From Sphingomonadales bacterium (GTDB taxonomy: Bacteria > Bacteroidota > Bacteroidia > UBA7662): DNA of 64,000 nucleotides. The position numbers were made by a program, and so were the translations under genes. Below, one piece after another: positions 36,972 through 45,564 of this stretch (position 1 is its first letter; every line of letters begins with the position of its first letter). The stretch is from the NCBI GenBank assembly GCA_016872215.1, contig VHAX01000005.1:12542-76541 (forward strand), in the 5' to 3' direction. The notes beneath the pieces are model-generated. The model worked only from the letters and a program-made list of their open reading frames with translations, was not told where the DNA came from and did not search any database.

Positions 36972-37797
36972 CGGTTTGGCTCTTTAAGAGTTCTCCACTT
37001 TTCCCCATGGTCTCCAGATGCCGGGCAACCAGATCCGTGATCCGGTGGGCACCCCGTTGCACACGGCTTCCAATCAAAAATGAACATCCATCTCCCCCGT
37101 CCACCAGATAATCGGGCAAGGCCACGTGATAGGAATGTTTCTGCTGAAGGGGGTCATCTCCCACCCATACATCCGCGGCCTTGCCCTCAATTATGGACAT
37201 GCGCATGCCCGAAAGCGCTATTCCGCCCTTCCCCGCCCAATGGTCGAGCAATTGTTGAAGTTCTGTCCCCGACAGGGTGATTTTGTCGAGGTGATTGGGA
37301 AAGGGAAGCACCTCCATCACATGCAAAAGCCGGAGTGTGTCGGCCGGAAACTCAGCCCGAATACCACCCGGGTTTAGCAGGGATATGTGCACCGTATCCC
37401 AAATACTGCGCGATTCTATCAGCAATATGTCAGCCAATAGGTTGGTGAGTTCCGATTCGGGCATGGATTTGATGAGTGCTTTAGGTGACCATAACAGGGG
37501 CTTATTAGTAAACTGATTTTGCAGGTTTCGGAATGAGTCGACCCAGGCAAATGACTGAGAAACCCTCCCTTTCAGGAGACTATCGCTGTTCAGGGTATAA
37601 CTGTTGTATGCCTGATAAACCGAACTCGCCTTTTGCGTACGATTCGGTTTTCGAAGGGTGGTGTCGGACGGGTATGGAAATTCAAAATTTTGCTCAAAAA
37701 AATATTGCTCATATGGGGGCCCGGCGATCCTGTTCGTTCCCGAAGCAAGATTAGTCCAACAGAACAGCAACGCCCATAAAAGCAGAGATAACCGCAT
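36949..37797 (-). CDS. 5'-nucleotidase C-terminal domain protein
   Basis: ESELTNLLAD, NPGGIRA, EVLPFPN and DYLVDGGDG motifs; Sec-type signal peptide. Confidence 0.88.
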   Translation of the reverse strand: MRLSLLLWALLFCWTNLASGTNRIAGPPYEQYFFEQNFEFPYPSDTTLRKPNRTQKASSVYQAYNSYTLNSDSLLKGRVSQSFAWVDSFRNLQNQFTNKPLLWSPKALIKSMPESELTNLLADILLIESRSIWDTVHISLLNPGGIRAEFPADTLRLLHVMEVLPFPNHLDKITLSGTELQQLLDHWAGKGGIALSGMRMSIIEGKAADVWVGDDPLQQKHSYHVALPDYLVDGGDGCSFLIGSRVQRGAHRITDLVARHLETMGKSGELLKSQTDGRIRIR

Positions 37798-37799
37798 GA

Positions 37800-38273
37800 T
37801 TAGGGTCGTTTTTGATGCAAAATACGCAGGGCGCGGTTGCAGGCCGTCAAGCCACTTTCGGAGGCAAGATGCAACAAACGCTGTCGGAATAGAGTACCAG
37901 AATCGGAGGCAGAAGGGTCTGCAGTGGCTGAATGGATCAACCGGATGACCTCATCGCGCGCTGCGGATGCGGCGAGCCAAACAGTGGGGTCTACATAGAG
38001 TTGCTGACTCAGATTATGCTCCCATTCGATGTTGATGCCCGCCAGCAAGGCATGCCGAATTTGCTCTTTTGAATCACCGGCCGTTGGGGTTCGCATTAAC
38101 AACCCCTCCGGTCTGAGTCGCTCCACAAACAGAAGAAGTCGCTCGTAGGCCTGAATTTCGAGCGGCAGCATAACTCGCTGACGCTGTAGGTGGCGGAACA
38201 TAAAGAAGATGATAAACGATACGGCCAGTGTCAACAGAAGCAGGGCTATGGCCAAAGCGAAATAGGTTTGCAT
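37800..38273 (-). CDS. Conserved hypothetical membrane-anchored protein
   Basis: N-terminal TM helix; QAYERLLLFVERL and EWEHNLSQQLYV. Confidence 0.75.
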   Translation of the reverse strand: MQTYFALAIALLLLTLAVSFIIFFMFRHLQRQRVMLPLEIQAYERLLLFVERLRPEGLLMRTPTAGDSKEQIRHALLAGINIEWEHNLSQQLYVDPTVWLAASAARDEVIRLIHSATADPSASDSGTLFRQRLLHLASESGLTACNRALRILHQKRP

Positions 38274-38365
38274 GATGCGAAAATACGCACAGTGGCGGCT
38301 TGCGATAATCCCAAAACTGCGCATCCCTTATATTTGTATGTTTAAACAACTCATCGCGATCGATT

Positions 38366-38761
38366 ATGAATACATCCAACGGGTCTGAATTTGAAGATAA
38401 ATCTGAAAACGGTCGACCAGCAGAATCCACACCGGCCTTCCCTACGATTCGGATTAGTCCCCGCGCACAGCAGGAATTGGAACGGTTATCAGCCCATTAT
38501 CAAGACGGACAAATTACCCGTTTAGGCGTGAAAGGAGGTGGCTGTTCGGGCTTATCTTATATTTTGGAAGCCGGAAATCGTAAGGAGGACGATTATATTG
38601 TAAAATTTGAATCAGTAACATTGGCTATAGAGCCTGTTCATGCCTTGTATTTAGACGGACTTCACCTGGATATCGGTGAGGGGTTGAGCAACCGGGGATT
38701 TATTTTCGAGAATCCTAATGCCGGAACTACATGTGGCTGCGGTACATCGTTCTCCCTGTAA
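38366..38761 (+). CDS. A-type Fe-S cluster carrier (IscA/SufA/HesB family)
   Basis: GVKGGGCSGLSY and NPNAGTTCGCGTSF motifs. Confidence 0.93.
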   Translation: MNTSNGSEFEDKSENGRPAESTPAFPTIRISPRAQQELERLSAHYQDGQITRLGVKGGGCSGLSYILEAGNRKEDDYIVKFESVTLAIEPVHALYLDGLHLDIGEGLSNRGFIFENPNAGTTCGCGTSFSL

Positions 38762-38868
38762 GGCAGTGCTGAAAATTCCGGCTATTTTAAGTTCCGGATT
38801 AATCACAAACATTTATTGCATACATTCCACCAAACTACCTGCCGTAAAGCGAACCTCTATCCTACCCC

Positions 38869-40563
38869 TCAGCGCTTCCAACCACCTTTTCGCGGCGATT
38901 CTGTGCGGGATGAGTGATGGCGCGGACGACGTGCGCCTTGTTCGCCCGTTTTTTCAACCCGGATTCTGCGCCCGCGAAATGCTCCGCCATCAAATGTTTC
39001 GATGATTGCCGACATATGCGCCTCCTCAACCTCCACAATCGTGCGTGTGTCGCCCAGATCGATACGCCCAAGGTCAGCTTTCTTCAGTCCAGAATGGTCG
39101 AGCAAAAACTGCAATATGCTGGCCTTGTAGAAACCATCTCGGATTCCGAGGTTGATAAACAACCGCGACATAGGCCCTCCGGCCTCGCCCCGATCACCGC
39201 TCTGAACGTTCAAACCCTTACGACCATGATCCGGTGTGGAAGGATTCAAATCGATTGCATCCTTGTAGTATTTCATAAAACGCTCAAATTCGAGCGCCAC
39301 AATTCGTTCCAGCAAATCCTCCCTGGAAACGTCCGACAAACGGGCAAACAAGGGATCCAAAAACTCCTGGTAGTCGTAATCGCCCACAGGGGCGCTCGCG
39401 ATTTTTTCCAGAAAATGGGAAAACTGTTTACGGGTGATTTCAGGGCCGTTCGGGATTGTACCCCGCTCCGGTACGGATGACAGGAGTCGGGCAATGTGTC
39501 GGATGCGGGTTTGTTCGCGGGGGGTTACCAAACTCAGACATTCACCTGTTTTTCCGGCCCGCCCAGTGCGTCCGGAACGGTGGGTGTAGACCTCAGGCTC
39601 GTCGGGAAGAGAGTAATTGATGACATGGGTGAGGTCACTCACATCGATACCCCGAGCAGCCACATCGGTAGCAATCAGCAGCTGCAAACTACGGTCACGG
39701 AATCGACCCATCACGCGGTCGCGTTGTTGTTGCGTCAGATCACCATGGAGAGCCTCGATATCATAGCCTTCACGGATCAGCCTTTCGGCAATTTCCTGGG
39801 TTTCGGCGCGGGTGCGGCAAAAAATAATAGCATACATGCCTGGATGGAAGTCAACCAACCGTTTCAGGGCCTCAAACCGGTCGCGCTGTTGTACAACGTA
39901 GAATTTATGGCTGATGTTGGCCGCGGCTATATTGCGCGTTCCGGCGGAAATTTCCTCCGGATTCGACATATAATTGCCCGATATTTGTCGCACCGCATCC
40001 GGCATTGTAGCCGAAAAGAGCCAAGTCGATTGCCGCGAAGGGGTATTCTGGAGTATGTAATCGATGTCGTCGCGGAAGCCCATGTTGAGCATTTCGTCGG
40101 CCTCATCGAGCACGATATAACGCACCGTGTCGAGACGTGCAGCCTTGCGGTCGATTAGATCGATTAGACGACCGGGGGTGGCCACGATGATCGCCGGGCG
40201 ATCGCGCAATTCCTTGATTTGGGCCTGAATGCTGCTGCCTCCATATACAGCACACACTCCGATGTCGGGCAATGCGCTGGTAAACAATTTGAGGTCGGCC
40301 GTTATTTGCAGGCACAACTCACGGGTGGGACTCAAAACCAACACCTGTAGTTCCGAGGGGTTCTCCATGCACATTTGCACGGCGGGCAGTCCGAACGCCG
40401 CGGTCTTGCCAGTTCCGGTTTGCGCCAGAGCCACCACATCGCGGATGCCTGAGGTGAGAACAGGGATTGTGAGTTTCTGAATAGGTGTCGGCTCGGTGAA
40501 ACCTAAACGAGATACAGCGGTGCAGAGGGCCTGATGCAGACCAAGGGTTTCAAAGGCAGACAT
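38869..40563 (-). CDS. DEAD-box RNA helicase with DbpA-type RNA-binding domain
   Basis: AQTGTGKT, PTRELC, DEAD, SAT and HRSGRTGR; C-terminal RLFINLG. Confidence 0.95.
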   Translation of the reverse strand: MSAFETLGLHQALCTAVSRLGFTEPTPIQKLTIPVLTSGIRDVVALAQTGTGKTAAFGLPAVQMCMENPSELQVLVLSPTRELCLQITADLKLFTSALPDIGVCAVYGGSSIQAQIKELRDRPAIIVATPGRLIDLIDRKAARLDTVRYIVLDEADEMLNMGFRDDIDYILQNTPSRQSTWLFSATMPDAVRQISGNYMSNPEEISAGTRNIAAANISHKFYVVQQRDRFEALKRLVDFHPGMYAIIFCRTRAETQEIAERLIREGYDIEALHGDLTQQQRDRVMGRFRDRSLQLLIATDVAARGIDVSDLTHVINYSLPDEPEVYTHRSGRTGRAGKTGECLSLVTPREQTRIRHIARLLSSVPERGTIPNGPEITRKQFSHFLEKIASAPVGDYDYQEFLDPLFARLSDVSREDLLERIVALEFERFMKYYKDAIDLNPSTPDHGRKGLNVQSGDRGEAGGPMSRLFINLGIRDGFYKASILQFLLDHSGLKKADLGRIDLGDTRTIVEVEEAHMSAIIETFDGGAFRGRRIRVEKTGEQGARRPRHHSSRTESPRKGGWKR

Positions 40564-40642
40564 GTGGATGCGTGGGGATAGACCCCAAATGGCCTGCGAA
40601 ATTACTACAAAATTGGCCGATGGGTTTGCCTATTTTTGCAAT

Positions 40643-41332
40643 GTGAAAAAAGCACCTATCATAGCGTTAGACGGCTATTCTGCCTGTGGCAAGAGTACCC
40701 TGGCCAAGCAATTGGCTTGTGCACTGGGTTTGGTTTACGTTGATTCGGGTGCGATGTACCGAGGCGTCACGCTTTATTTTCTTCAAAACGGAATCGATCC
40801 GGCGTCCACCCTACAGGTAAATTCTGCGCTGGATTCTGTGAACCTCGAATTTCGAAAGTCGGCCTTGGGCGATGAAAATGAATTGTGGTTGAATGGGGTG
40901 CGCATAGAGGATGAAATACGTGGTCCGGCCGTTTCTTCCGCCGTTAGTCGGGTTGCTGCCCTACCCGAGGTGCGCCGGAAACTCGTGGAAGCCCAGCGCA
41001 TGCTGGGAGCACAGGGTGGTGTGGTGATGGATGGGCGCGACATCGGCACACATGTATTCCCGAAGGCCGACCTCAAGATTTTCATGACAGCCAGTCCGGA
41101 GATTCGCGCCTTGCGAAGGAAGGCTGAATTGAAACAGAAAGGGGAATTCTGGAGTTTGGCGGAGATTCTTCAGAATCTTGCAGAGCGTGACCATATCGAC
41201 ACCACCCGGGCAGACCAGCCATTGCGACAAGCTGAAGATGCGGAGGTGCTCGATAATTCACACATGTCGCGAGAGGAACAGTTGGAATGGGCCCTGATGC
41301 GCGTGAAGGAGCGCGCGGGCAGCACCTGTTAA
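40643..41332 (+). CDS. cmk: Cytidylate kinase
   Basis: IALDGYSACGKST, DSGAMYR and DGRDIGT; probable GTG start at 40643. Confidence 0.95.
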   Translation: MKKAPIIALDGYSACGKSTLAKQLACALGLVYVDSGAMYRGVTLYFLQNGIDPASTLQVNSALDSVNLEFRKSALGDENELWLNGVRIEDEIRGPAVSSAVSRVAALPEVRRKLVEAQRMLGAQGGVVMDGRDIGTHVFPKADLKIFMTASPEIRALRRKAELKQKGEFWSLAEILQNLAERDHIDTTRADQPLRQAEDAEVLDNSHMSREEQLEWALMRVKERAGSTC

Positions 41333-43125
41333 CTCGATTTTCTACGGCGGTCGGTCTCGCGGAGTATGATTTTTCTCAGGCGCATCGATTTCGGAGTGAT
41401 TTCGATGTACTCATCGACTTGTATGTACTCCATTGCGTCTTCTAATGAGAACACCCGGCGCGGCGCGATCCGGGTGTTGTCGTCCTTCCCGGCGGCACGC
41501 ATGTTTGTGAGCTGCTTGCCTTTCACCAGATTAACCACCAAATCGCCCGGACGGTTGTTCTCTCCCACTACCTGCCCTTCGTAGACCGACTCGTTAGGAT
41601 CCACGAAAAATACGCCGCGGTCTTGCAGCTTATCGATGCTGTATCCGGTGGTCATACCAGTTTCCATACTCACAAGTGAGCCATTGATTCGGCCGGGGAG
41701 CTGTCCTTTGAAGGGTTCATAGCATTCAAACCGGTGCGACATGATGGCTTCGCCCTGTGTTGACGTTAACAGATTGGAACGCAATCCGATCAATCCACGC
41801 GAGGGAATGGCAAATTCGAGGTGCACCATATCCCCTTTGGGTTCCATAATCAGCATTTCCCCTTTGCGCTGGTTGACCTGCTCGATTACCTTGCCTGCGT
41901 GTTGCTCTGGCACATCCACCACCAGTTGTTCGATAGGCTCACAAGTTTGTCCGTCTACTTCCTTCATAATAACTCTGGGCTGGCCCACCTGCAGTTCATA
42001 GCCCTCGCGGCGCATGGTCTCAATCAGCACGGAAAGGTGTAGAATTCCCCTGCCGAATACCTGAAGGCTATCGGAAGAATTAGTCTCTGCGAGTCGCAAG
42101 GCGAGGTTTTTTTCGGTTTCTTTTTCCAGCCGCTCGCAGAGGTGACGGGAGGTTACAAATTTCCCTTCTTTTCCGAAAAAGGGCGAGTTGTTGATGGTAA
42201 ACAACATGCTCATGGTGGGTTCGTCGACCGTAATGGGGGGCATGCCCTCAGGCCGCTCCATGTCGGCCACTGTATCCCCAATTTGAAAATCCTCAAGACC
42301 TACCACCGCACAAAGTTCGCCCGCTTGCACAGATGCGACTTTTTGTCGACCCAACCCTTCAAACACATACAATTCTTTCACACGTCCCCGTGTTTGTCCG
42401 CCCGCGTTGCGCACCAGCGTAACGGGCATGCCCTCGGCGAGGATGCCGCGACTCAGCTTACCGATGGCAATACGACCCACATAACTGCTGAAGTCGAGCG
42501 AGGTGATCTGCAATTGGGGCGTGCCTTCCGAAACCAAAGGCGGGGGCACGTGTTCCAGGATGGCTTCGAGTAAGGGAGTGAAGTCGTCGGAGTGCTTTTT
42601 CCAGTCGGTCGACATCCATCCCTGCTTTGAGGAACCATATAGGGTCGGGAAGTTGAGCTGCTCTTCGGTGGCATCGAGGTGGAAAAACAGATCGAATACG
42701 GCGTCGTGTACTTCGTCGGGTCTGCAGTTTTCTTTGTCGACTTTATTGATAATCACGATCGGACGGAGCCCCAGTGCGAGCGCTTTCTGCAGCACGAAGC
42801 GGGTTTGGGGCATGGGTCCCTCAAAGGCATCAACCAACAGAAGTACACCATCGGCCATGCGGAGTACGCGCTCCACTTCTCCCCCGAAATCGCTGTGCCC
42901 CGGGGTGTCGATAATGTTGATTTTGGTGTCCTTGTAACATACCGCTACATTCTTGGAAAATATAGTGATTCCCCTTTCACGCTCCAGATCGTGGCTATCC
43001 AGAATTAAGTCGCCCACTTTCTCATGTGCCTTAAATTGATTGGTTTGGAACAGTATTTTGTCGACCAGCGTGGTTTTGCCGTGGTCGACGTGGGCGATAA
43101 TGGCCAGATTGCGCAGTGCTTTCAT
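41329..43125 (-). CDS. typA: Translational GTPase TypA/BipA
   Basis: AHVDHGKTT, DTPGH, NKVD, GRGILHL and EITPKSMRLRK motifs. Confidence 0.97.
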   Translation of the reverse strand: MKALRNLAIIAHVDHGKTTLVDKILFQTNQFKAHEKVGDLILDSHDLERERGITIFSKNVAVCYKDTKINIIDTPGHSDFGGEVERVLRMADGVLLLVDAFEGPMPQTRFVLQKALALGLRPIVIINKVDKENCRPDEVHDAVFDLFFHLDATEEQLNFPTLYGSSKQGWMSTDWKKHSDDFTPLLEAILEHVPPPLVSEGTPQLQITSLDFSSYVGRIAIGKLSRGILAEGMPVTLVRNAGGQTRGRVKELYVFEGLGRQKVASVQAGELCAVVGLEDFQIGDTVADMERPEGMPPITVDEPTMSMLFTINNSPFFGKEGKFVTSRHLCERLEKETEKNLALRLAETNSSDSLQVFGRGILHLSVLIETMRREGYELQVGQPRVIMKEVDGQTCEPIEQLVVDVPEQHAGKVIEQVNQRKGEMLIMEPKGDMVHLEFAIPSRGLIGLRSNLLTSTQGEAIMSHRFECYEPFKGQLPGRINGSLVSMETGMTTGYSIDKLQDRGVFFVDPNESVYEGQVVGENNRPGDLVVNLVKGKQLTNMRAAGKDDNTRIAPRRVFSLEDAMEYIQVDEYIEITPKSMRLRKIILRETDRRRKSS

Positions 43126-43256
43126 TGATGGGTACGGGGAGATTTTGTGGGCACAAAAGTAGGACTTTGCGGCTTGTCGTTCATTTTTTTACTGAATTGT
43201 GAACGGGTGCCTATTTGATTTCTTGTTACTAACCCGTAATTTTGCAGCGTTCTAAA

Positions 43257-43333
43257 GGTTCGGTAGTTCAGTCGGTTAGAATACATGCCTGTCACGCATG
43301 GGGTCGCGGGTTCGAGTCCCGTCCGGACCGCCA
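43257..43333 (+). tRNA. tRNA-Asp(GTC)
   Basis: GGTTCGG acceptor stem, anticodon arm CATGC-CT-GTC-AC-GCATG, GGTTCGAGT T-loop and encoded CCA; TAATTTTG promoter element at 43237. Confidence 0.97.
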
Positions 43334-43338
43334 AATTT

Positions 43339-43370
43339 TCCCTATTTCTGTAATGGAAACAGGGATTTTT
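43339..43370 (+). terminator. Intrinsic terminator after tRNA-Asp
   Basis: TCCCTATTTC / GAAACAGGGA stem followed by T5. Confidence 0.6.
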
Positions 43371-43520
43371 AGTTTAATAGGGTTCACTTTCTGGCCTTGC
43401 CCTATTGCGTGATTTAAATTGTTTCCAATCTAACTGTAGGAATGGGATGAGAGTACGACACCGGATTATGTATAGAGGCTTCTGACGGCGTGCATCAACC
43501 TAAATGTTTGCCAAACAATG

Positions 43521-43593
43521 AGCGGGAAACGAGGTTCGAACTCGCGACCCCGACCTTGGGAAGGTCGTACTCTACCAACTGAGCTATTCCCGC
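43521..43593 (-). tRNA. tRNA-Gly(CCC)
   Basis: Reverse complement GCGGGAATAGCTCAGTTGGTAGAGTA-CGACC-TT-CCC-AA-GGTCG...GTTCGAAC...TTCCCGCT; CCA not encoded. Confidence 0.96.
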
Positions 43594-43633
43594 CTGATCA
43601 AGACGTAAATATAATGAAGTTTTGGATTCGTCT

Positions 43634-44098
43634 TCAGCGGGTATCCACCCATCCGTTGACCCAGCTATCATCGAATCCGGCCTTAAATTTACGATAAAAG
43701 TTCAGGGCCGGCTCGTTCCAGTCGAGCACCTGCCAGCAAACCCGGGGGAAACCCTTCAGTTTCGCCAGGCAAACGACTTTTTCAAATAGCAATCGTCCTA
43801 TACCTTTTCCACGCATGGATTCCGTAACCACCAGGTCTTCCAGGTAGCACAACCGCCCTTTCCAGGTTGAATAGCGGGTGTAGCACAGGGCGAAACCAAC
43901 AATCGCCGATTGATGCTCGGCCACTACAGCCCACCAAACCGGGTCGGGGCCGAACCCCGCCTGCTCGAAATGATGATCATGAACGGTGACCTCACCTGGT
44001 GCGCGTTCGTAGACTGCGAGTTCGCGGATGAGCGTCATAAGAGCGGGGCAATCCTCGCGCAGGGCGACTCGGATGCTTATGTTTTTAGGTGTATCCAT
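43634..44098 (-). CDS. GNAT N-acetyltransferase (diamine acetyltransferase-like)
   Basis: YSTWKG, YLEDLVV, RGKGIG and VLDWNEPA motifs; start MDTPK at 44098. Confidence 0.9.
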   Translation of the reverse strand: MDTPKNISIRVALREDCPALMTLIRELAVYERAPGEVTVHDHHFEQAGFGPDPVWWAVVAEHQSAIVGFALCYTRYSTWKGRLCYLEDLVVTESMRGKGIGRLLFEKVVCLAKLKGFPRVCWQVLDWNEPALNFYRKFKAGFDDSWVNGWVDTR

Positions 44099-44219
44099 TA
44101 TAGCAGGAAACGAAATATGTATGAACTTATTTGTCAACAACTCTTTCGACAAGGTAACAATATTATCTATTTTTTTGGAGGCCAAAAACTATATTTGGTC
44201 GGTCGAAAACGTCAAACGA

Positions 44220-45485
44220 ATGACATATACCCCTATTCAGAACAACCGACATGTTTATTTGGCAGTATTGGTGGCTGCCCTGGGCTATTTCGTCGACATC
44301 TACGACCTGATCCTGTTCAGCATCGTTCGGGTCGACAGCCTCAAAGCACTGGGATGCACAGACACGGAACTGGAGCGCAATGGGGTGCTGATCCTGAACA
44401 TGCAGATGCTGGGCATGTTATTGGGTGGTGTTTTTTGGGGGATTCTGGGTGACAAGAGGGGGCGCTTGTCGGTACTTTTCGGAAGTATCCTGCTCTATTC
44501 GCTGGCCAACATTGCCAACGCATACGTACAGAACGTCACCCAATACGCACTGGTGCGCCTGGTGGCCGGATTCGGACTAGCAGGCGAGTTGGGTGCGGGC
44601 ATAACCCTGGTGGGTGAGTTGATGAGTCGTGAAAAGCGGGGCAACGGCACCACTGTGGTGGTGACGGTCGGTGCAGCAGGGGCCATCTTCGCCGGTATGT
44701 TGGCTCAGGTGGTGAGCTGGAGGACAGCCTATCTGTTGGGGGGAGGATTGGGACTTTCACTTCTCGTTCTTCGGGTCGGCATCCGCGAATCGGGTATGTT
44801 TAAGAGCATGCACCAACGCAGCGAATTGGTTCGGGGCGATTTTCGGCTCCTATTGTCGGACCCCCGCCGCGCCCGCTTGTTTTTGCACAGCATTCTCATC
44901 GGAATTCCAATTTGGTTCTGTGTGGGTATCCTCATCACCTTTTCACCCGAATTGGGCCGGGAACTTCAACTTAAGGAATCTGTCCTTCCCGCCGTGGCGG
45001 TGATGAGCGCATATGGCGGACTCGTTTTCGGGGATTTTGTGAGTGGATTGGCCAGTCAGTGGTTCCGCACCCGCAAAGGTGTCGTGCGCACATTCCTATG
45101 GGTTACCCTGGCCTGTATACTGTTTTATTTGTATGGGGGCATCCACAGACTTCGTTATTTCTACATACTCTGCTTCGTACTGGGTTCGGCCACCGGATAT
45201 TGGGCCGTGTTTGTGACTATGGCCTCCGAGCATTTTGGTACAAATTTCCGCTCGACCGCCACCACCAGCATCCCCAATTTCGTTCGCGGTTCCGTGCTGC
45301 CCATCACCTTTCTCTACACTGGACTTCAGTCGGTTGTGCCCCGAATTGAATCGGCCCTCATCACCGGCCTTTTGTGCGTGGGCGTGGCCCTTTGGTCACT
45401 CACCCATCTGCACGAAACCTGGGGGCGAGATCTGGATTTTTTTGAGGGGGGTGAGAGGACCGATAATGGAAATAGCCACGCCTGA
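44220..45485 (+). CDS. MFS transporter
   Basis: LGYFVDIYD, GDKRGR and GLAGELG; about 12 TM segments; start MTYTPI at 44220. Confidence 0.9.
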   Translation: MTYTPIQNNRHVYLAVLVAALGYFVDIYDLILFSIVRVDSLKALGCTDTELERNGVLILNMQMLGMLLGGVFWGILGDKRGRLSVLFGSILLYSLANIANAYVQNVTQYALVRLVAGFGLAGELGAGITLVGELMSREKRGNGTTVVVTVGAAGAIFAGMLAQVVSWRTAYLLGGGLGLSLLVLRVGIRESGMFKSMHQRSELVRGDFRLLLSDPRRARLFLHSILIGIPIWFCVGILITFSPELGRELQLKESVLPAVAVMSAYGGLVFGDFVSGLASQWFRTRKGVVRTFLWVTLACILFYLYGGIHRLRYFYILCFVLGSATGYWAVFVTMASEHFGTNFRSTATTSIPNFVRGSVLPITFLYTGLQSVVPRIESALITGLLCVGVALWSLTHLHETWGRDLDFFEGGERTDNGNSHA

Positions 45486-45564
45486 TGCTACGCCCCTTTT
45501 ATTTTGTTTTGCATTACATATGATTGCCTTGTATTTTTACTAATTGTATTCAAACCACCCCGTT

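Noticed and set aside
43122-43334. 70-aa ORF MAVRTGLEPATPCVTG...
   Set aside because: It is the antisense shadow of tRNA-Asp.
43334-43520. Possible integration scar between the two tRNAs
   Set aside because: There is no duplicated tRNA 3' end or integrase remnant; a 10-bp match to tRNA-Gly (AGAGTACGAC) is compatible with chance.
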